64,000 nt of DNA from Camelus dromedarius (taxonomy: Eukaryota), in contig NC_087436.1 of NCBI RefSeq assembly GCF_036321535.1, forward strand, positions 99,884,001-99,948,000, in the 5' to 3' direction. Position numbers and translations under genes: made by a program. Each line of letters begins with the position of its first letter. The first letter of the stretch is position 1. The notes under the pieces were generated by a model. That model was not told where the DNA came from and searched no databases. It was given only the letters and a program-made list of their open reading frames with translations. Shown here piece after piece: positions 1-14,009 of this stretch.

Positions 1-1024
1 ACAATGAGATTAATGTTTTCATGTCTGCTAACACAACATCTATTCTGCAGCCCAGGGATCAAGGAGTCATTTCGACTTTCAAATCTTACTATTTAAGAAT
101 TACATTTCCTAAGGCTATAGCTGGCATAGATGGTAATTCTTCTGATGGATCTAGGCAAATTAAATTGAAAACCTTCTGGAAAGGATTCACCATTCCAGAA
201 CATGCCATTAAGAACATTCTTGATTCATGAGAGGAGGTCAACATGAACAGGAATTAGGAAGAAACTGATTCCAAACCTTGTGAAAAACTTTGAAGAGCTC
301 AAGACTCCAGTGGCGGAAAGAACTGCAGACAAGGTGAAAACAACAAGAGAACTAGATTTGGAAGTGGAGCCTGAAGATGTGACAGAATTGCTGCAGTCTC
401 ATAATAACACTTTAACAAATGAGAATTTGCTTCTTATGGATGAGCAAACTAAGTGGTTTCTTGCGATGGAATTTACTCCTGGTGAAGACACTGTGAAGAC
501 TGTTGAAATGATAGCAGAGTTTAGAATATTACCTAAACTTAGTTGATAAAGCAGTAGCGGGGTTTGAGAAAATTGACTCCAGTTTTGAAAGAATTTCTTT
601 TGTGGGTGAAATGCTGTTAAAGAGCATTACAGGCCACAGAGAAATAGCTCATGAAAGGAAGAGTCAGTGGATGCAGCAGACTTCACTGTTGTCTTGCCGT
701 AGCCACTCAGACCTTCAGCAACCACCGCCTGATCAGTCAGCAGCCAGAACACTAAACCAAAACTCTCCACCAGCAAAAAGATTAGGACTCAAAGAAGGTT
801 CAGATGACATTTAGCATTTTTTAGCAATAAAGTATTATTTTAAAATTAAGGTATGTATATTATTTTATAGATACAATGCTATTGAACAATTAATAGACTA
901 AAGTGTAAACATAGGTTTTACATGCACTGGGAAACCAAAAAATTTGTGTGACTGGCTTTACTGTGATATTTTGTTTATTGCAGTGGTCTGGAATCCAACT
1001 CACACTATTTCTCAGGTAGGCCTG
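1..1024 (+). mobile_element. Tigger1 DNA transposon (TcMar-Tigger), 3' part, dead
   Basis: ORF fragments 21-230, 280-546 and 602-814 resemble Tigger1/pogo DDE transposase ([42 protein letters not shown]), broken by stops and frameshifts. Ends in the TIR-like ...CTCAGGTAGGCCTG followed by TA (1025-1026). Confidence 0.95.
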
Positions 1025-3044
1025 TACTCCAAATAACACACAAAGCACATGAAACCAAATTCTAGTGTGAGGTATTTCTTTTAAAATTAAGCTCTCAGAA
1101 ATGTAATACAGTTAACTTTCCATGAGCTTATTCTCATCATGGAGGGGTATGTGCTCTTATGTAAGCCAAGACAGAACTGAGTCTCCAGAGCAAAAGGAGA
1201 TTTGAACTCTCTGTAGTATCTATCAATAACCACTCCAAATGACTTGTTTTGGCTTCCCAATAGACATCCATTCAGTTGAAGCAAAAATTAAAAGTTTAAT
1301 CTCCAGACTCAACTACCACAGATATTCCACATGTCACTCTCTGAAGGCACTGGGCACGGCAAAATTTGCATGATATCTAAGGGGACCAATTTTGCTGAAC
1401 AATTTGAAACAAATGGAATCTCTTGTCACCAGTGGCAGTGGTGAGAGTAGAACTGACTTCATTTCAAAAGGAACTACACTGCTCTGAAGTAGTCCTTATA
1501 ATAGAAAATTGAGAACATTCTTGAGATGACTTCAACATAGGAATTTTAAGAAAATTTACCACCTGATCCATTCCAACATAAAAGAATGTGCCAATAATAT
1601 AAATGTCAAATGCCAACCCTCATAAAATATGTCCAAAATCCTAGTACTGAGTAATATCATTTCTAACCCATAAATGATATATTTATGTGCAACACCTTGT
1701 ATGTATTGTATATGTATAATATTACAGTTGGCTTATGATGCTAACATTAAAATAGTCTTTTTATTTCCTTCAAGGAAAAAAATGAACCTGAGTTGGAAAG
1801 TTGAATTGTCTGATCAGGATTTAAGTACTGCTGTTAAATTACATTGTCAGCCTTGTAATAAATTCTGATTAAGAATTTACACCTTTGTGAACAGATTAGC
1901 AAACCTAATTGATTTTGACCTGTTAACTTCAATTTGCAGCTTTAAAAAGGTGTAACCTCACTGAGATTTATGGTTTGAAGTTCTTGTGTTTAAATTAATA
2001 AATTCTGCATTTGATCTCATATTAAGAAGAATTTAGTTAAGTATATATATTTCTCTGAGTGGAAACTCTGCCCTAACTCCTGGGCATTGCATATATTTTC
2101 ATAAATGTCCCCATTTATTAATATCCAAACATTTGAAGCAATAATTTTACATCTCATTTATTATCTGTCAACCATCAGTTTCTAGTTTCACGTAATTAGG
2201 AGGGGAACTTATCCTATGTTTTTATCTTCACATCATCCTTCTGGACTTTGCCTGCAGTGATAGACATATGGTCAGGATGTTCTAATTCAGTTGTTAACAT
2301 ACCATATTGCACATAACCATCATTTATCATAGAAGCTGTTAAGGACTCTAGGAAAAGCCAGAGACAATAATTATAAATTATCACTTGTAATTATATTTTA
2401 AGGTTTGAAAAATCATGATTTATAGAAATTCATTATGTGAATATGAGTTCTGGTTCAAAATAAATACAGAAGCTGAGTGCAGGCTCTGTTTTCTGGCTCT
2501 TATTTCATCCACTTTATTCAGTTTTGGCATCAAATGCATCAAAAATATTTTGGCCAGTTGACAAGCAATATGATCCTATATCATATAGTACTTAAGTCGT
2601 CTCAAAATATTTTATATCATACAAATAAACTCTTTTAAAACTTATATATATATCAATAAAACTTACTGGGGAGCTAATTAGCCTTAAGTACAATTGTAGC
2701 AACGTCTGTAAGAGATTCTCTATTTTAATTGGCATCGTGTTAATTTTTGTTCAGTCATTTTCTTTATTATGGCCAATAATAACTTCGCCTTCTCCAAAAC
2801 CTCAATTCCAAGGAATTCAAACTCTGACCAACACTCCCTGACCTTCTAGGTCTCTTTCCACTTCGTCTTCAGAAATGTATTTCACATCCCCAGGATCTCT
2901 AGCTTTGACTGTCTGTCGTTCCTTCTTCATCATTCCTTTTATGTGCTTATTTTCCTCTTCAGCCATTTCGATACTGGTTCATCACCATGCCTTTGCATAT
3001 ATGCTCTAACCCCTTCTCCTTTTCCCCTCCTACACGTGTAGAAC

Positions 3045-3230
3045 AAGAGGAGGTGATTGGGGTAGTAGCCTTGGGCACAACATGTAAAGAGGCACCAAAA
3101 ACTCATCATCGAGATAATATTTTAGTGCATTTTTTTAAATTAGTATAAAAAATCCACCATAAGGAAAGTAGGATTGGTATTTTTCCTTTTGTCTCAGGCT
3201 TCAGTATGGCACATCTAGGCAACATTGCTG
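3045..3230. mobile_element. hAT-Tip100-type MITE (Arthur1/MER69-like)
   Basis: Contains GGCACCAAAAACTCATCATCGAGATAATATTTTAG and TTTTCCTTTTGTCTCAGGCTTCAGTATGGC, matching my recollection of this family. Exact family name uncertain. Confidence 0.55.
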
Positions 3231-3334
3231 ATCTTAACTACCAAAGTCATGCATCCCTCAATTATCTAAGAAATTGATCTATTCTATCCCAATTTCTTAC
3301 AGAGTCTTTTTTTTTTTTTTTTCATATAAGATGC

Positions 3335-3510
3335 TGGATACAATATTGGGAAGCATAGAAACTTTGGAGTCAGTCTAACTGGTTTCAAATCCCTGCTTTG
3401 CTGTACATTATGTATTTGCTTTGGTGAATTTACATAATTTAGGGTCTTAGTTAACTCATCTGTAAAGTGGAAATATAAATAAGGGATAAACAATTTTAAC
3501 TGAATAAATT
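3335..3510 (+). mobile_element. MIR SINE
   Basis: CTTTGGAGTCAG...GGTTTCAAATCCC head and CTCATCTGTAAAGTGG core. Confidence 0.8.
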
Positions 3511-6500
3511 ATTATATAGTGTGACAACCTGCTTTCAAAAAACATCCTCGGTTTCATGTTTAAGTTGATTATGCTTTTAAAACATGCCATGCTTCTTTTG
3601 AACTTTGCACAGGCAACAGAGAGTTCCTTCTTCCCTTCTTTCCCCGGCCTCATCTCTTATAAAATTACTGCTTATCCTTCAGAACTCAGCCAGGTTGTTA
3701 TTTCCTCAGGAAGTTGTTATCTAACCCCTAAATTAAATTACATTTCCCATTATAAGTACTCACATCAGCATGTACTTTGTAGCATTTGCCGAGGTTGAGA
3801 TGATTCATTTATGCATTTAATTGTTTAATGCCTTCCTCCTATACTGAATTGCAAGTTAAGAGTTCAGTTTCTGCTTTGCATTTCCTTGATATTTTATTTC
3901 CAACATATAGTAGAGTCTAGTAAATAGTAGGCACTCAAAGCAAACAAACAAAAAAAAAGCATTTTGTATGAGTAATGTTTGAATAAAGGCTGTCAACCCT
4001 GTATTAATTGATTTTCTTTCCCTCAACATTCTAATAAAAGAACTTGGAAGACAAAGACAAAAAGTATTCAAATCAACTAATTTATTCTAAGATTTTGCAG
4101 GATGTAGAGCAGGAAAAGTTTGATGCCAGCAATTTGAGGGTATTTTACAATCAGAGAGCTTATTATTATATTAGGTTATTACGTCAGCAATAAATTATCA
4201 TGATAGCTCCTGTCATGCTTAAAAGGCATATTATATAATTCAGAATTTATTACTGTTAACATAGGTTGAAACACTCTAAATAAAAATCAACATTTTTAAA
4301 ATGACAAAAATTTTTCTTAAAAATGCCAACCATTAAGTCCATTTATATGTTCTCTGAAATAGTACAGCTGCACAGAAATAAAAATATGACTAATAGGAAC
4401 CAGGATATAAATTATTTAACTAGAAAATCACTTTTTATTAACTTTTTATGACACAATTAATTAAAAAGAAACTCATGTGATGAGTGACATTTTTAAACTG
4501 CAAGACACAATGTAAATATTTATGCTTACTTGTATAATTATTACCTAAAAGGTGACTTTTTTTAGTCTAAATGAACATTTGGAGTTTATAAACTTTACTG
4601 TAGCAAAGAATGCATCTAATATTGCAATTAGGTAATTTTTATCAAGACTAAAGTCATTCATCTAAGTAACTCATTATATACTTTTAGCATTTGTCTTTTA
4701 GGAAATTCTTCGTTCTCTTTAAAGCATCAACTGGTCCTTTGGTGAATCAGGGGGCGTGATTTTCTGTCCCCAGGGATTACAAAATGTACAGAAAGCCCAT
4801 CAAAATTCAGCTCAGGTGTCTGCAATCCAGTATATGCTTCTCATCTTTAGTCATGATGTCATGCTTCAAAGGACAGCAAGATAAGAATATACTTACTCCA
4901 TGACAGCTTAGAGCCCTGCTAAGAAAACCTTAGCTCTAGAAAAATATAAAAATCTTAACTCAGAGATGTGATCAAGTTAAGCTCCCTTCATACCCACCTG
5001 AAACACAAAAAGCAGAGTCTGAGGTTACTCAACTGTGAAGTAACAATGCTGTTGCAAGGCAATCACTGAGCTATCTTCTTGTTTTCCCATGAAATGCATT
5101 TTGCCAAACCTAGTGGATTGGATGACAAAGCAAAGAGATGATATCTTGGACAAACTGTTCACATGTAAAACTAATGATAACAATTGTGCGCTGTCCAATG
5201 ATGGAAATGATGATAATTAGCTATATTTTATAAGCCTAATTTTAATAAAGTCATCTTAAGAAGACATGTGAGTACAAAGTACAAAGCTCCTAAAATTCAT
5301 TTTAAAAGTATTAGTGAATATGCAAACAGTCATGATTTATTTACAAATATATTTTATAGAGATTAGGCAATATTCTAGTTACTACATTAAAAAAAAAAAC
5401 CTTTAAAAAGTTTTCAGTGGATGCACTTAATTTAACTGTTATGAATTTTATTCTTCATATAAATGAATGTTTTCCTGAAATAATCTTCCCGTAAATCCAC
5501 AATGTAGCTTAACCTATAAAATTACTGCAAACAATTTATAAATATGTATTTTCATTAATTTTGCATACTATATTTACTCTTATGTTTATGGAAAGAATGG
5601 AGTTCTAATTCTTTGCTATGTGTTTTAAGAACTTGGTAAACTCAAATGTTGACAGTCTTATTTATAGCCAAAGTGACATATGTAAAAATAGTAAAACAAA
5701 TGAAGTTTTACTCTGAGTATTGAGACACTCAAGGTATTTAAATAAAGTTGAAGAGATTTAGAGCCACAATTAATCATAAAGGGTGCTTAGTTAACCACGG
5801 TTTTTTTAAACGGGTGAGTATACTGAGGAACAGAACAATTTGGCAATCCACAATCCTACTGGTTACTGATAGATCAGTGTCTGAAGACTGTAACTCTGAA
5901 TGCCAGTATCCTACACAAAGATGAATTTTACTACAAAGTTTTTGTGAAACTTACTTATATTTAACCCAACAGACTTAATGTAGATGATTAAATTCTTGAA
6001 AGGGTAATTATTATTAGGAAGAAATTTTATCACTATAAACTTAACAATCATATGTTAATATATGATAGCCATTTCCTTGGCCTAGAATGGGAGAGATTTA
6101 CTTTTGTGATAGAAAAAGTCAAACTTCAATATTGATCTAGACTAGTCTGTTCACATGTTTAAATATCTGGTTTATTATAGGTGAAGCAATTCCAGAGATA
6201 CTTATTTCTATGTAACATATAATTCATGTCATGTATTTCATATACAATTGTATATAACATGTTCAATTCCACATTAATTTTTATTTTAATTTACTAGTCA
6301 ATTATAATCACATTGCATAAAACAACCAAATATAAGAATATATTTATAGTGGAAAGAAAAAAGTCATGTGACTCATGATCTTAATTAAAATACAATTTTA
6401 ACTTGTTCCGTCATTCAGAGTTATTTTAAAATGAATGTAAAACCAGGCCTTAGAAAAGCTGTGGTCATAAAAAGAGAAGTTACAGTCTGAATATAAATTT

Positions 6501-7789
6501 AAATACACAGGTAGGAATTCCTATCTTCATATTCTAAACGTCATTTGGTCATTTTGACCCAAATATCAATCTGCCAAAATGTGTCCCTCTGGCTGATTTT
6601 TATCAGTGGTTGGGTGAAATAAGAAAAATAACGTGTACTGAATGCCAGTTACATCTGTCATGTACCTCTGCCGTTCCCGAGCGCCCACACTGAAAACATT
6701 AGCTTTTCTATCACACTGTAGTTAAATACAATGTGAGTCTTTCCTTTGCTATGAAATATTCAAATTATTTTTAAAGACACTAAGATGAGCAAAAAGCATA
6801 TTTTCTAAATGTATACATGAATTAGGCAAAAGAGAAGGTAATATTAAATTGTAATTTTAACATTCAAGACCATTTTAATAGTTTAAAAGTTCTGAATACA
6901 ACCCTCAAAATAAAACTTAACACATTTAAAATTCTGTAATCATTATTTTACTCAGTTTCTGGTACAGCATAGTTGATAATTGGAGTTTTTACAGTTCTAT
7001 CTATTTTTTATCTATCTTTCTATCATTTATCTAGTTAAAGATGAATGGAAATGTCCTCCTATCAAAAGTTGATAACTTTTGAAATGTTGTAAGAAACATA
7101 ATTTTTTGGAATAATTTGTTTCATCTCTGGAATATTAGATTGAGTCTAGGGGTAGTAAATTTGAGGAATGAACACCAATCACATAACATTCTGTGATGAG
7201 AGGGGAATCCAATTGTTAACATTTTTCTAATTGTTCATATATGATGATAAAATGAAATATTTGTATTTCTGTTATTTTGAAAATATATTTGTTCTGTGTG
7301 ACTTTAGAGAGCAAAACTAGAATAAGTTTTGAATAAAATGCATGTATAATCTGACAGACAAGGAGGTTCTGGTACATATGCCACAGGACTTGCCTAACAA
7401 CTCATGCTGTCCAACTTTGAACAGATGGCTTCTTGTGATAATGACATTCCACTTACAGATATGAACACTGAGAGACTGAGTGACAGTGTGTTCAGTGATG
7501 ACAAAGAAGAGATTCATGCGTTAAAAGTATTTTGTGCTTTTGTGATTTTATGATCAATGTGGAAGTTTACTATTTTAATATTTAATATTCATTATAATGC
7601 AAAATACAAGCTGTATATCAGTAAAATATCTTAAATGATTTCAAACAGCAATTATAAAGACCATGAGAGGATTTGGGGATTGGAAAATGAAATTTTTATA
7701 CAAATAATTATCTTTGAAAGTTATAAAGCATAATGGCAAAAGAAACACCTGTGAATAAACCACAGTTTATGAAGTAGAGCATTATCAAT

Positions 7790-8082
7790 TGCTGTAGATT
7801 GAATGTTTTTACCCCCAAAATTCTTATGTTGAAATCTAATCCCCAATGTGATAGTATTGGGAGGAGGGCCTTTGGGAAAGATATAGGTCATGAAGATGGA
7901 ACCTTCTTGAATGGGAATAGTGCCTTATAAAATAGACCCAGAGAGCTCCCTTGCCCCTCAGAGGTCAGAGTTAGAAGATTCCTTGATCTTGGACGTCCCA
8001 GCCTCCAGAACTATCAGAAGTAAATTTCTGTTTTTATAAGCAACCTAGTATTCTGTTTTAGCAGTCTAAGTGATCTAAGACA
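7790..8082 (+). mobile_element. MLT1A-type MaLR solo LTR
   Basis: TG...CA termini, ATGTTGAAATCTAATCCCCAATGTGATAGTATT and CCCAGCCTCCAGAACT motifs, CTAAGACA end. 5-bp flanks TCAAT/CCAAT match 4/5, consistent with a TSD. Confidence 0.9.
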
Positions 8083-8879
8083 CCAATATAGATGAAGCAT
8101 ACACTCTTTCCCTACTAGAAATAAACTTGATCTTCATTTCGGTATATTATTCTTCCAAGTCGTGCTTGGTACCACTCTTAGACCAGTCAGGAAAGGCCCT
8201 TGCCCTGGGCACTACACTTAGAAAGTGCTACAGTATCACAATTATACAAACAAGACATTCTTTAAGAATGAGTAGCTTTTTCTCTCCAGACTCACTGATG
8301 GCACCTATGACCCATAACTCTCAACAGCCACTCTTGTAACTAGCCCTGTTTAAGCTACTTTCCACATCACTTGTCTTAAATCCTTGAAAAAAAAAAAAAA
8401 ACAAAAAAATGTTCCTAATCAGATTGTCATGTGCCTCCACTTAAACAGAACACAGAGATTACTTCTGAGGGTGAGAATGTCTTGAATGACTGAAACACTT
8501 AGGTAAGGGAAAACACAATTTAATTAATATATCAAATAGCATAAATAGCATACATTCTTCTAGAAGAAAGTGTAATTTTCCAGAGTGCTTAACATTCTTT
8601 TTTTTAATCCTCTTTGAGTCAATTCAGTAGTATACAGGAATTAGTGTTGAATTCACAACAGATGCATGTTTTGCAATATTAAATAATTCATGTCAATCAC
8701 TTTTGTAGATGACGGATGAATAGAGACAAAGATAGAGACAGGGATATTCACAGAGAGATAAGTGTAGAAGCAACATGAATAATATTTGATACTATTAATA
8801 CACATTACTGAGAGGATCTAAATATTGTTTTAAGAGATAACATTATAAATTATAACAAATACTTTCTCTGGCTCAATAG

Positions 8880-10100
8880 CTCTCTTTTGTGCTTGTGGAA
8901 TCATGGTAACTTATGTTACACTTCTAATTCTGTTCTCTGTTTCTCTTAATCTCTGTTTCCTATTTTTTATCTCATATTTCTGAGCTAAATTCTGCATAAT
9001 GTCTTTAGTTATGTTTTCTGGTTTAGTAATTCTTCAGTTTTGCCTATTATGCTATGAACATATCTATTTAGTTGTTAGTAAGTCATCATTTTTATTTCTA
9101 AAAGTACTTACTGGAACTTTTAAAATCTACTTTCTTCCTTTTGATATTTTATTTCCTGCTTATTTTTATGTTTTTTATATTAAAAACTAATATGTGGAGA
9201 TATTTTATATCTGTAACTGTTAAACCTAAGAATTGATTTTACTGGACTCTTTTCTGTGTCTTTATTGACTTCTACTTATGATGATGTCTTTCTTCATTTG
9301 TTTAATTTTTTAAAGAATAATTTTTATTCAATATTATCTGTGGGATTCTGAAGATACAACTAGATAATGCTTTTTTTCTCTTTCAAATTTTTTGAGATAT
9401 AATTGACATATAGCACTGTATAAGTTTAAGGTATATATCATAATGACTTGATTTACATGTATTGTAAAATGATTACCAAAATAAGTTTAGTTAGCATCCA
9501 TCATCTCATATAGGTATAAAAAGAGCAAAAAAAAAAAAAAAAACCACCTTTTTTTTTTCCTTGGAATGAGAACTTTGAGGTCTACTCTCTTGCTGACTTT
9601 AACATGAACCATACAGCAGTGTTAACTACATTCACCATGTGGTAGATTACAGCCCCAGTGCCTACTCATCTTATAACTGAAAGTTTGCACCTTTTGACAC
9701 CTTCAACTTCCCCAGCTACTTCCCACCTCTCAACACAAATCTGATTTCTTTTTTCCACGAGTCTGGTTTTTGTTTTTTGTTTGTCTTCAGAGTCCACATA
9801 TGAGATTATATAGCTTTTGTCTTTGACTTATTTCACCTAGCATATTGCCCTGAAGTTTCGCCCGTGTTGTCATAAATGGTGGGACGTGCTTTTCATTAGA
9901 GAAGTTTTGAACTTGGTTCTATTAAATTTAAGGTAGAGCTATCAACCTAGTGCCACTTTGATTTCTTAGTTTACAAGTCACATTTTACAAATTTTATAAA
10001 TTTGCACTCTGCATCTATGTTATAGCAGCTTCACTCTTGGTTGTCCATTATCAAAAGAGACTTGTTTTTTTCTTTTCTTCCTGAATTTTCAGTGTGTTAG
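8880..10100 (-). mobile_element. Old, highly decayed L1 (L1ME/HAL1-like) hosting a younger L1 3' end
   Basis: T-rich antisense L1-like sequence on both sides of the 9375-9882 insertion. Confidence 0.4.
9375..9882 (-). mobile_element. L1 3' UTR (L1MA-type), 5'-truncated
   Basis: TTGAGATATAATTGACATATAGCACTGTATAAGTTTAAGGT at one end and GACTTATTTCACCTAGCAT...TGTTGTCATAAATGG at the other, both antisense L1 3' motifs. Confidence 0.85.
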
Positions 10101-10674
10101 GGAGGTTTCTTACTATTTTTCAGAAGACATGTAGAATGTCAAGAGGTTCACCATCTTGAAAGGTATAAAAATCGGAAATATTGATGATGAATAAACACTA
10201 TTCATAGTTTCCTATAAAAATAATCTATACTTACAATTGGACAACCTTAAACTATTATTGTATCATGTAGATCAGCATACTTGGAACAGAAAGTTACATT
10301 TTAACAGTGGTCATTGCTATTAATAATGAGTTACAGTCAGTCTATATGACCAATCTATTAATAGTAGTACATTATCAGCTTCGAGAACTTTTAAATTTTA
10401 ATATAAGAAAGTTTATTGAATTGCTAAAACCCTCAAAAAGGGATTTCGTTCAAATTAAATTTGAGAAATAATTTATTTTTATATTACTATATATCATAGC
10501 CAAAAGTTAGTGTTTTCCATTTTTAATTTTTAATGCCTAATTAAATTATAAATTTATTCTTTGTCATATACCCATACTCTTTTTCTACTCAATGCTGCTA
10601 AGAATATAAGATACCTAGAAAAATATTTTACCATTTGCAATTTATTAAAGGTGATGGCAAGAGCAAGACTAAAA

Positions 10675-10675
10675 T

Positions 10676-10715
<40 letters not shown>
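10675..10715. repeat. (TG)n microsatellite
   Basis: Directly visible, with one interruption. Confidence 0.98.
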
Positions 10716-10718
<3 letters not shown>

Positions 10719-11689
10719 CGTATATATGACAAAGTGGCGTAAGATCGATCAATGCCACAACAGAAAAATACATGCTGGTAAATAATACATAATGAGAGAT
10801 TTTATTTTTTAAGTAGGAAGAGGCTGGCATTTGGAATGGTACTTAGAGAAAAAATAAGAATTTTAAAGGCTTTAAGAAATTTGACAGAGAAGAAAGAAGA
10901 GATGGAGTTAGGGGAGGAGTAGTTTTAGAGGAAATATACCAGAAAAGGTGCTTTGCAACTTGTTGGAAATATGGTCTCTGTTGATAAATCCCAGTATGCT
11001 TATAACTTCATCGTGGTTATTAATGTGTATTTTACTTGCTCCTTCCCTGCTACTAATAAGAAGAGAAATAGGAAGCAAGAAAATCTAGAATTTTTCAAGA
11101 AATGGCATAAGAAACAAAAAGGAATCAAGAAAACATCATAGTCTACTTATGAGTGCAAGATATGTTTAAAATAATGATGAAGTTATTAGGTTCCAGAGAA
11201 AAATAAGTGGTTAAATGTGCATTTATATACCTGTGCACCGAGTATATTTACTAAAAATTCCAAATTTACAATTTTATGTATGAGAGATAATGATCTGAAC
11301 TTCCCTTCTGTTTTAATGTTCCATTGAAATTGTGATTTCTGGTTTTTCTTTTCCCATCTGCAAAGAAGAAATTGATTGCATATAGCTAATGATTAGTGAT
11401 ACCTATGTGTAGAACTTACTATATTTACTAGTGTTTATTTTTGAGCCCTTAGAATATTTCATTACAAATATTTTATATATCATTATTGCTTGATTGCCTG
11501 GGTGCTTTTTCTAATCTTACTAATTTCTTCATCATATCTCATTATTAGTATATTCACTGAGGTTGTCCATGGTTGTCTATCCAGTATTAGTAGTCTGGGC
11601 AGACTCTTTACGTAATTTTCAATAAAGTAGGCATTCATTTAAAGTTAAAGTAACAGTGTTGATATAAGGAAGCAATATTACATGTTGAT

Positions 11690-11912
11690 TATTGAGAATA
11701 AACCTTAAAGTTTAAGAAATTTGATTAAACCTCAGGCTATATCACTAATAGGCTTAGATTTTATTCCCTCCAAACTCTAAACAATTGGTTTCCTTCTTTG
11801 TAAAAGGTAATGATAATACTACCTCATAGAGAAGTTGTGAAGATTCCATGAATAATATTTGAAAAATATTTAGTACAGGGCTTAGCCAGTGAGGAACTGC
11901 TCACTATGTAAC
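11690..11912 (+). mobile_element. MIR SINE
   Basis: GTTTCCTTCTTTGTAAAAGG...ATAATACTACCTCATAG...GTTGTGAAGATT core. Confidence 0.75.
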
Positions 11913-13479
11913 CAGTATTGCGACTTTTAAGGTGTTCAGTATTTGAAGTGACTCTGGCAACAAATTGAAGGGAATGATGTTATCCAAATACCACAGGACC
12001 CCTCTGTGCATAGTATTACACCATAAAATCAGAGAACAGCATTGCATCGCAGTAAAGAGAGTTTCGGTGCTTGTCATGGTATCACTGAGTATGCTGATTT
12101 AAGTAACTATGCATAGGGTTGCAGGGGTTACTGTGGGGTGATTGCTGTCATCTAACTATGTGCGAGGGACTGATAACAAGTGACACGCAAAGCTGAATTC
12201 TGCTGTCACTGTGAGTTCAGAAGACCGTCCCAGAAGTAAAGGTAACTTGGGACTTTTTTCCCAGGTACTCCAGTCATCTAGTCTCTTTCAGATTGGCAAT
12301 ATCAACTCCACATCTGGACAGCTCACATGTAACCAGTGATGTGCTCTCCCTCCTGAGCAGCTGCCATTCTCTCTGAGCCTCTTTCCAAGTTCCCTGACTC
12401 AGTGCTTGTGGGCTTTGTAGAAGGCATCTTTGAATTTGCTTTTGCAGCATAAAAGTAAGACCCGTGGGAAGCCATGCTGTGCTTTGCTCAGTGAGAAGCG
12501 AGAAGTAAGCAGGGTACTTTTTGTATCCCAAAATAAACAGCGTGGTCCTAAACAAAGCTACTACACCGTGCTACTCTGAGTCTTCTCTGCCAGGGAGATA
12601 AAGATATGCACCTATCTGTTCACTGCATGGGTAGTACCCTGGCCTGAATAAGCCTTTGCTTTACACATTGAAGATGAATGGAAGTGGACTCTGCCTAGCC
12701 TTGCTCATTCTTTTGTTGGCCATTGAGAGTTAGATGCTTGTGGTTAACTATATATATAGCATATGGTAAAATAACAGATTTTCTCTGTTCACTGTCTTTA
12801 TGGACTAAGTGAGACATTATTCAATTCAATTTCAAGATTTAACTTCAGAAATTTTGCTACTACCTAGTTAATTATCTAATTAATTAGAAAATGATTGTCT
12901 CTTTAACATTGGAGGCAACAGTTTGCCTTGTGTTCTTACCTTTCTTGTGGATCCAAGGAGTTGTTGATTTTTCAGTCTGTTAGGCTTTTTCCTTGTTGTT
13001 AATTTAAGACAGGCTGGCAACTTCTAAGTAAATGGCTCTACTTGTTCTTTGGTATTTTAGGAGGAGATGAAAACCATGCCATATACATATATACACACAT
13101 TCAGCATTTATCAGTTTGTGATATGCAATAGTCATACAACTAAAAAATGTTGAAATTGCAAAATAATAAATTAATAAATAGAAATAACCTAGCCTGTGAA
13201 TGCATTATCCATCTAATTGGCTGGCTGGGCTGAAAAGAATCATAAAATGCTAGCATGAAAAAAAAAATCTGTAATTGACTATATTTTGTATTTATTTTTC
13301 CCCAGTGAATTCAATGTAATCAATTCACTATAATTCAGTACTATTTAAATTATAGGTGGAGATTTGTACTACTCTGTGAACTGTTACCAGTTCATTATGA
13401 AGTTAATACATAAGGTAAGAGTAAATATTTAGAAACTTTTATAGCCATATAATGTATATAATTTATGACATAGCAATTT

Positions 13480-13900
13480 CAATTTCTAGACATACATTCC
13501 AGAGATGCATACAAGAAGTTTCACAGCAGTAATGTTGTTCTAGCTCCAAACTGAACCGAGTTTAAGTATGCATTAGCTAGAGAATTAATAAATAAATTTT
13601 GGTATATTCATATCATTGAATTTTATCCCACAGTGAAAATAAATGAGCTGAGGTAAAGCAATACAATTAATATGCATGAATCTCAGGAACATACTGGTAA
13701 ATAAAAAAGCGAGTGAATGAAAATACCAACAGTGTGATTTCATTCATATAAAATTGAAAATAGACTACTGAAAAATACTTTAAGGACATATATTTGTTAA
13801 AATACATAAATAAAAACATGAAAAGGCTAAATAAAAATTTCAAGATAGTGGTTACATTTGAGGTGAGAGAGGAGCATGGGATCATAAGAGTTCTTGTAAT
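13480..13900 (+). mobile_element. L1ME-type 3' fragment
   Basis: TTTGGTATATTCATATCATTGAA...CACAGTGAAAATAAATGA...CATGAATCTCA...TTCAAGATAGTGGTTAC motifs. Confidence 0.75.
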
Positions 13901-14009
13901 TTTATAAATATTACTAATTTTCTATTAAGTTCTTTTGTAGGTGGATAATTTCTAATAAAAAATTCTATAAATGAAAGTCAATTAGTGAGTAATAGTTGTT
14001 AATCTAGAT

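Larger units (their letters stand above)
2820..3990 (+). mobile_element. LINE-2 fragments, interrupted by a hAT MITE and a MIR
   Basis: Pyrimidine-rich L2-like blocks, ending in an L2 3'-end-like motif (TAGTAGGCACTCAA...TTTGAATAAA) near 3925-3990. Confidence 0.6.

Noticed and set aside
21..814. Three ORFs resembling TIGD1/pogo-family protein
   Set aside because: They are broken by stops and frameshifts and end in a Tigger1 TIR, so this is a dead transposon copy rather than a domesticated gene.
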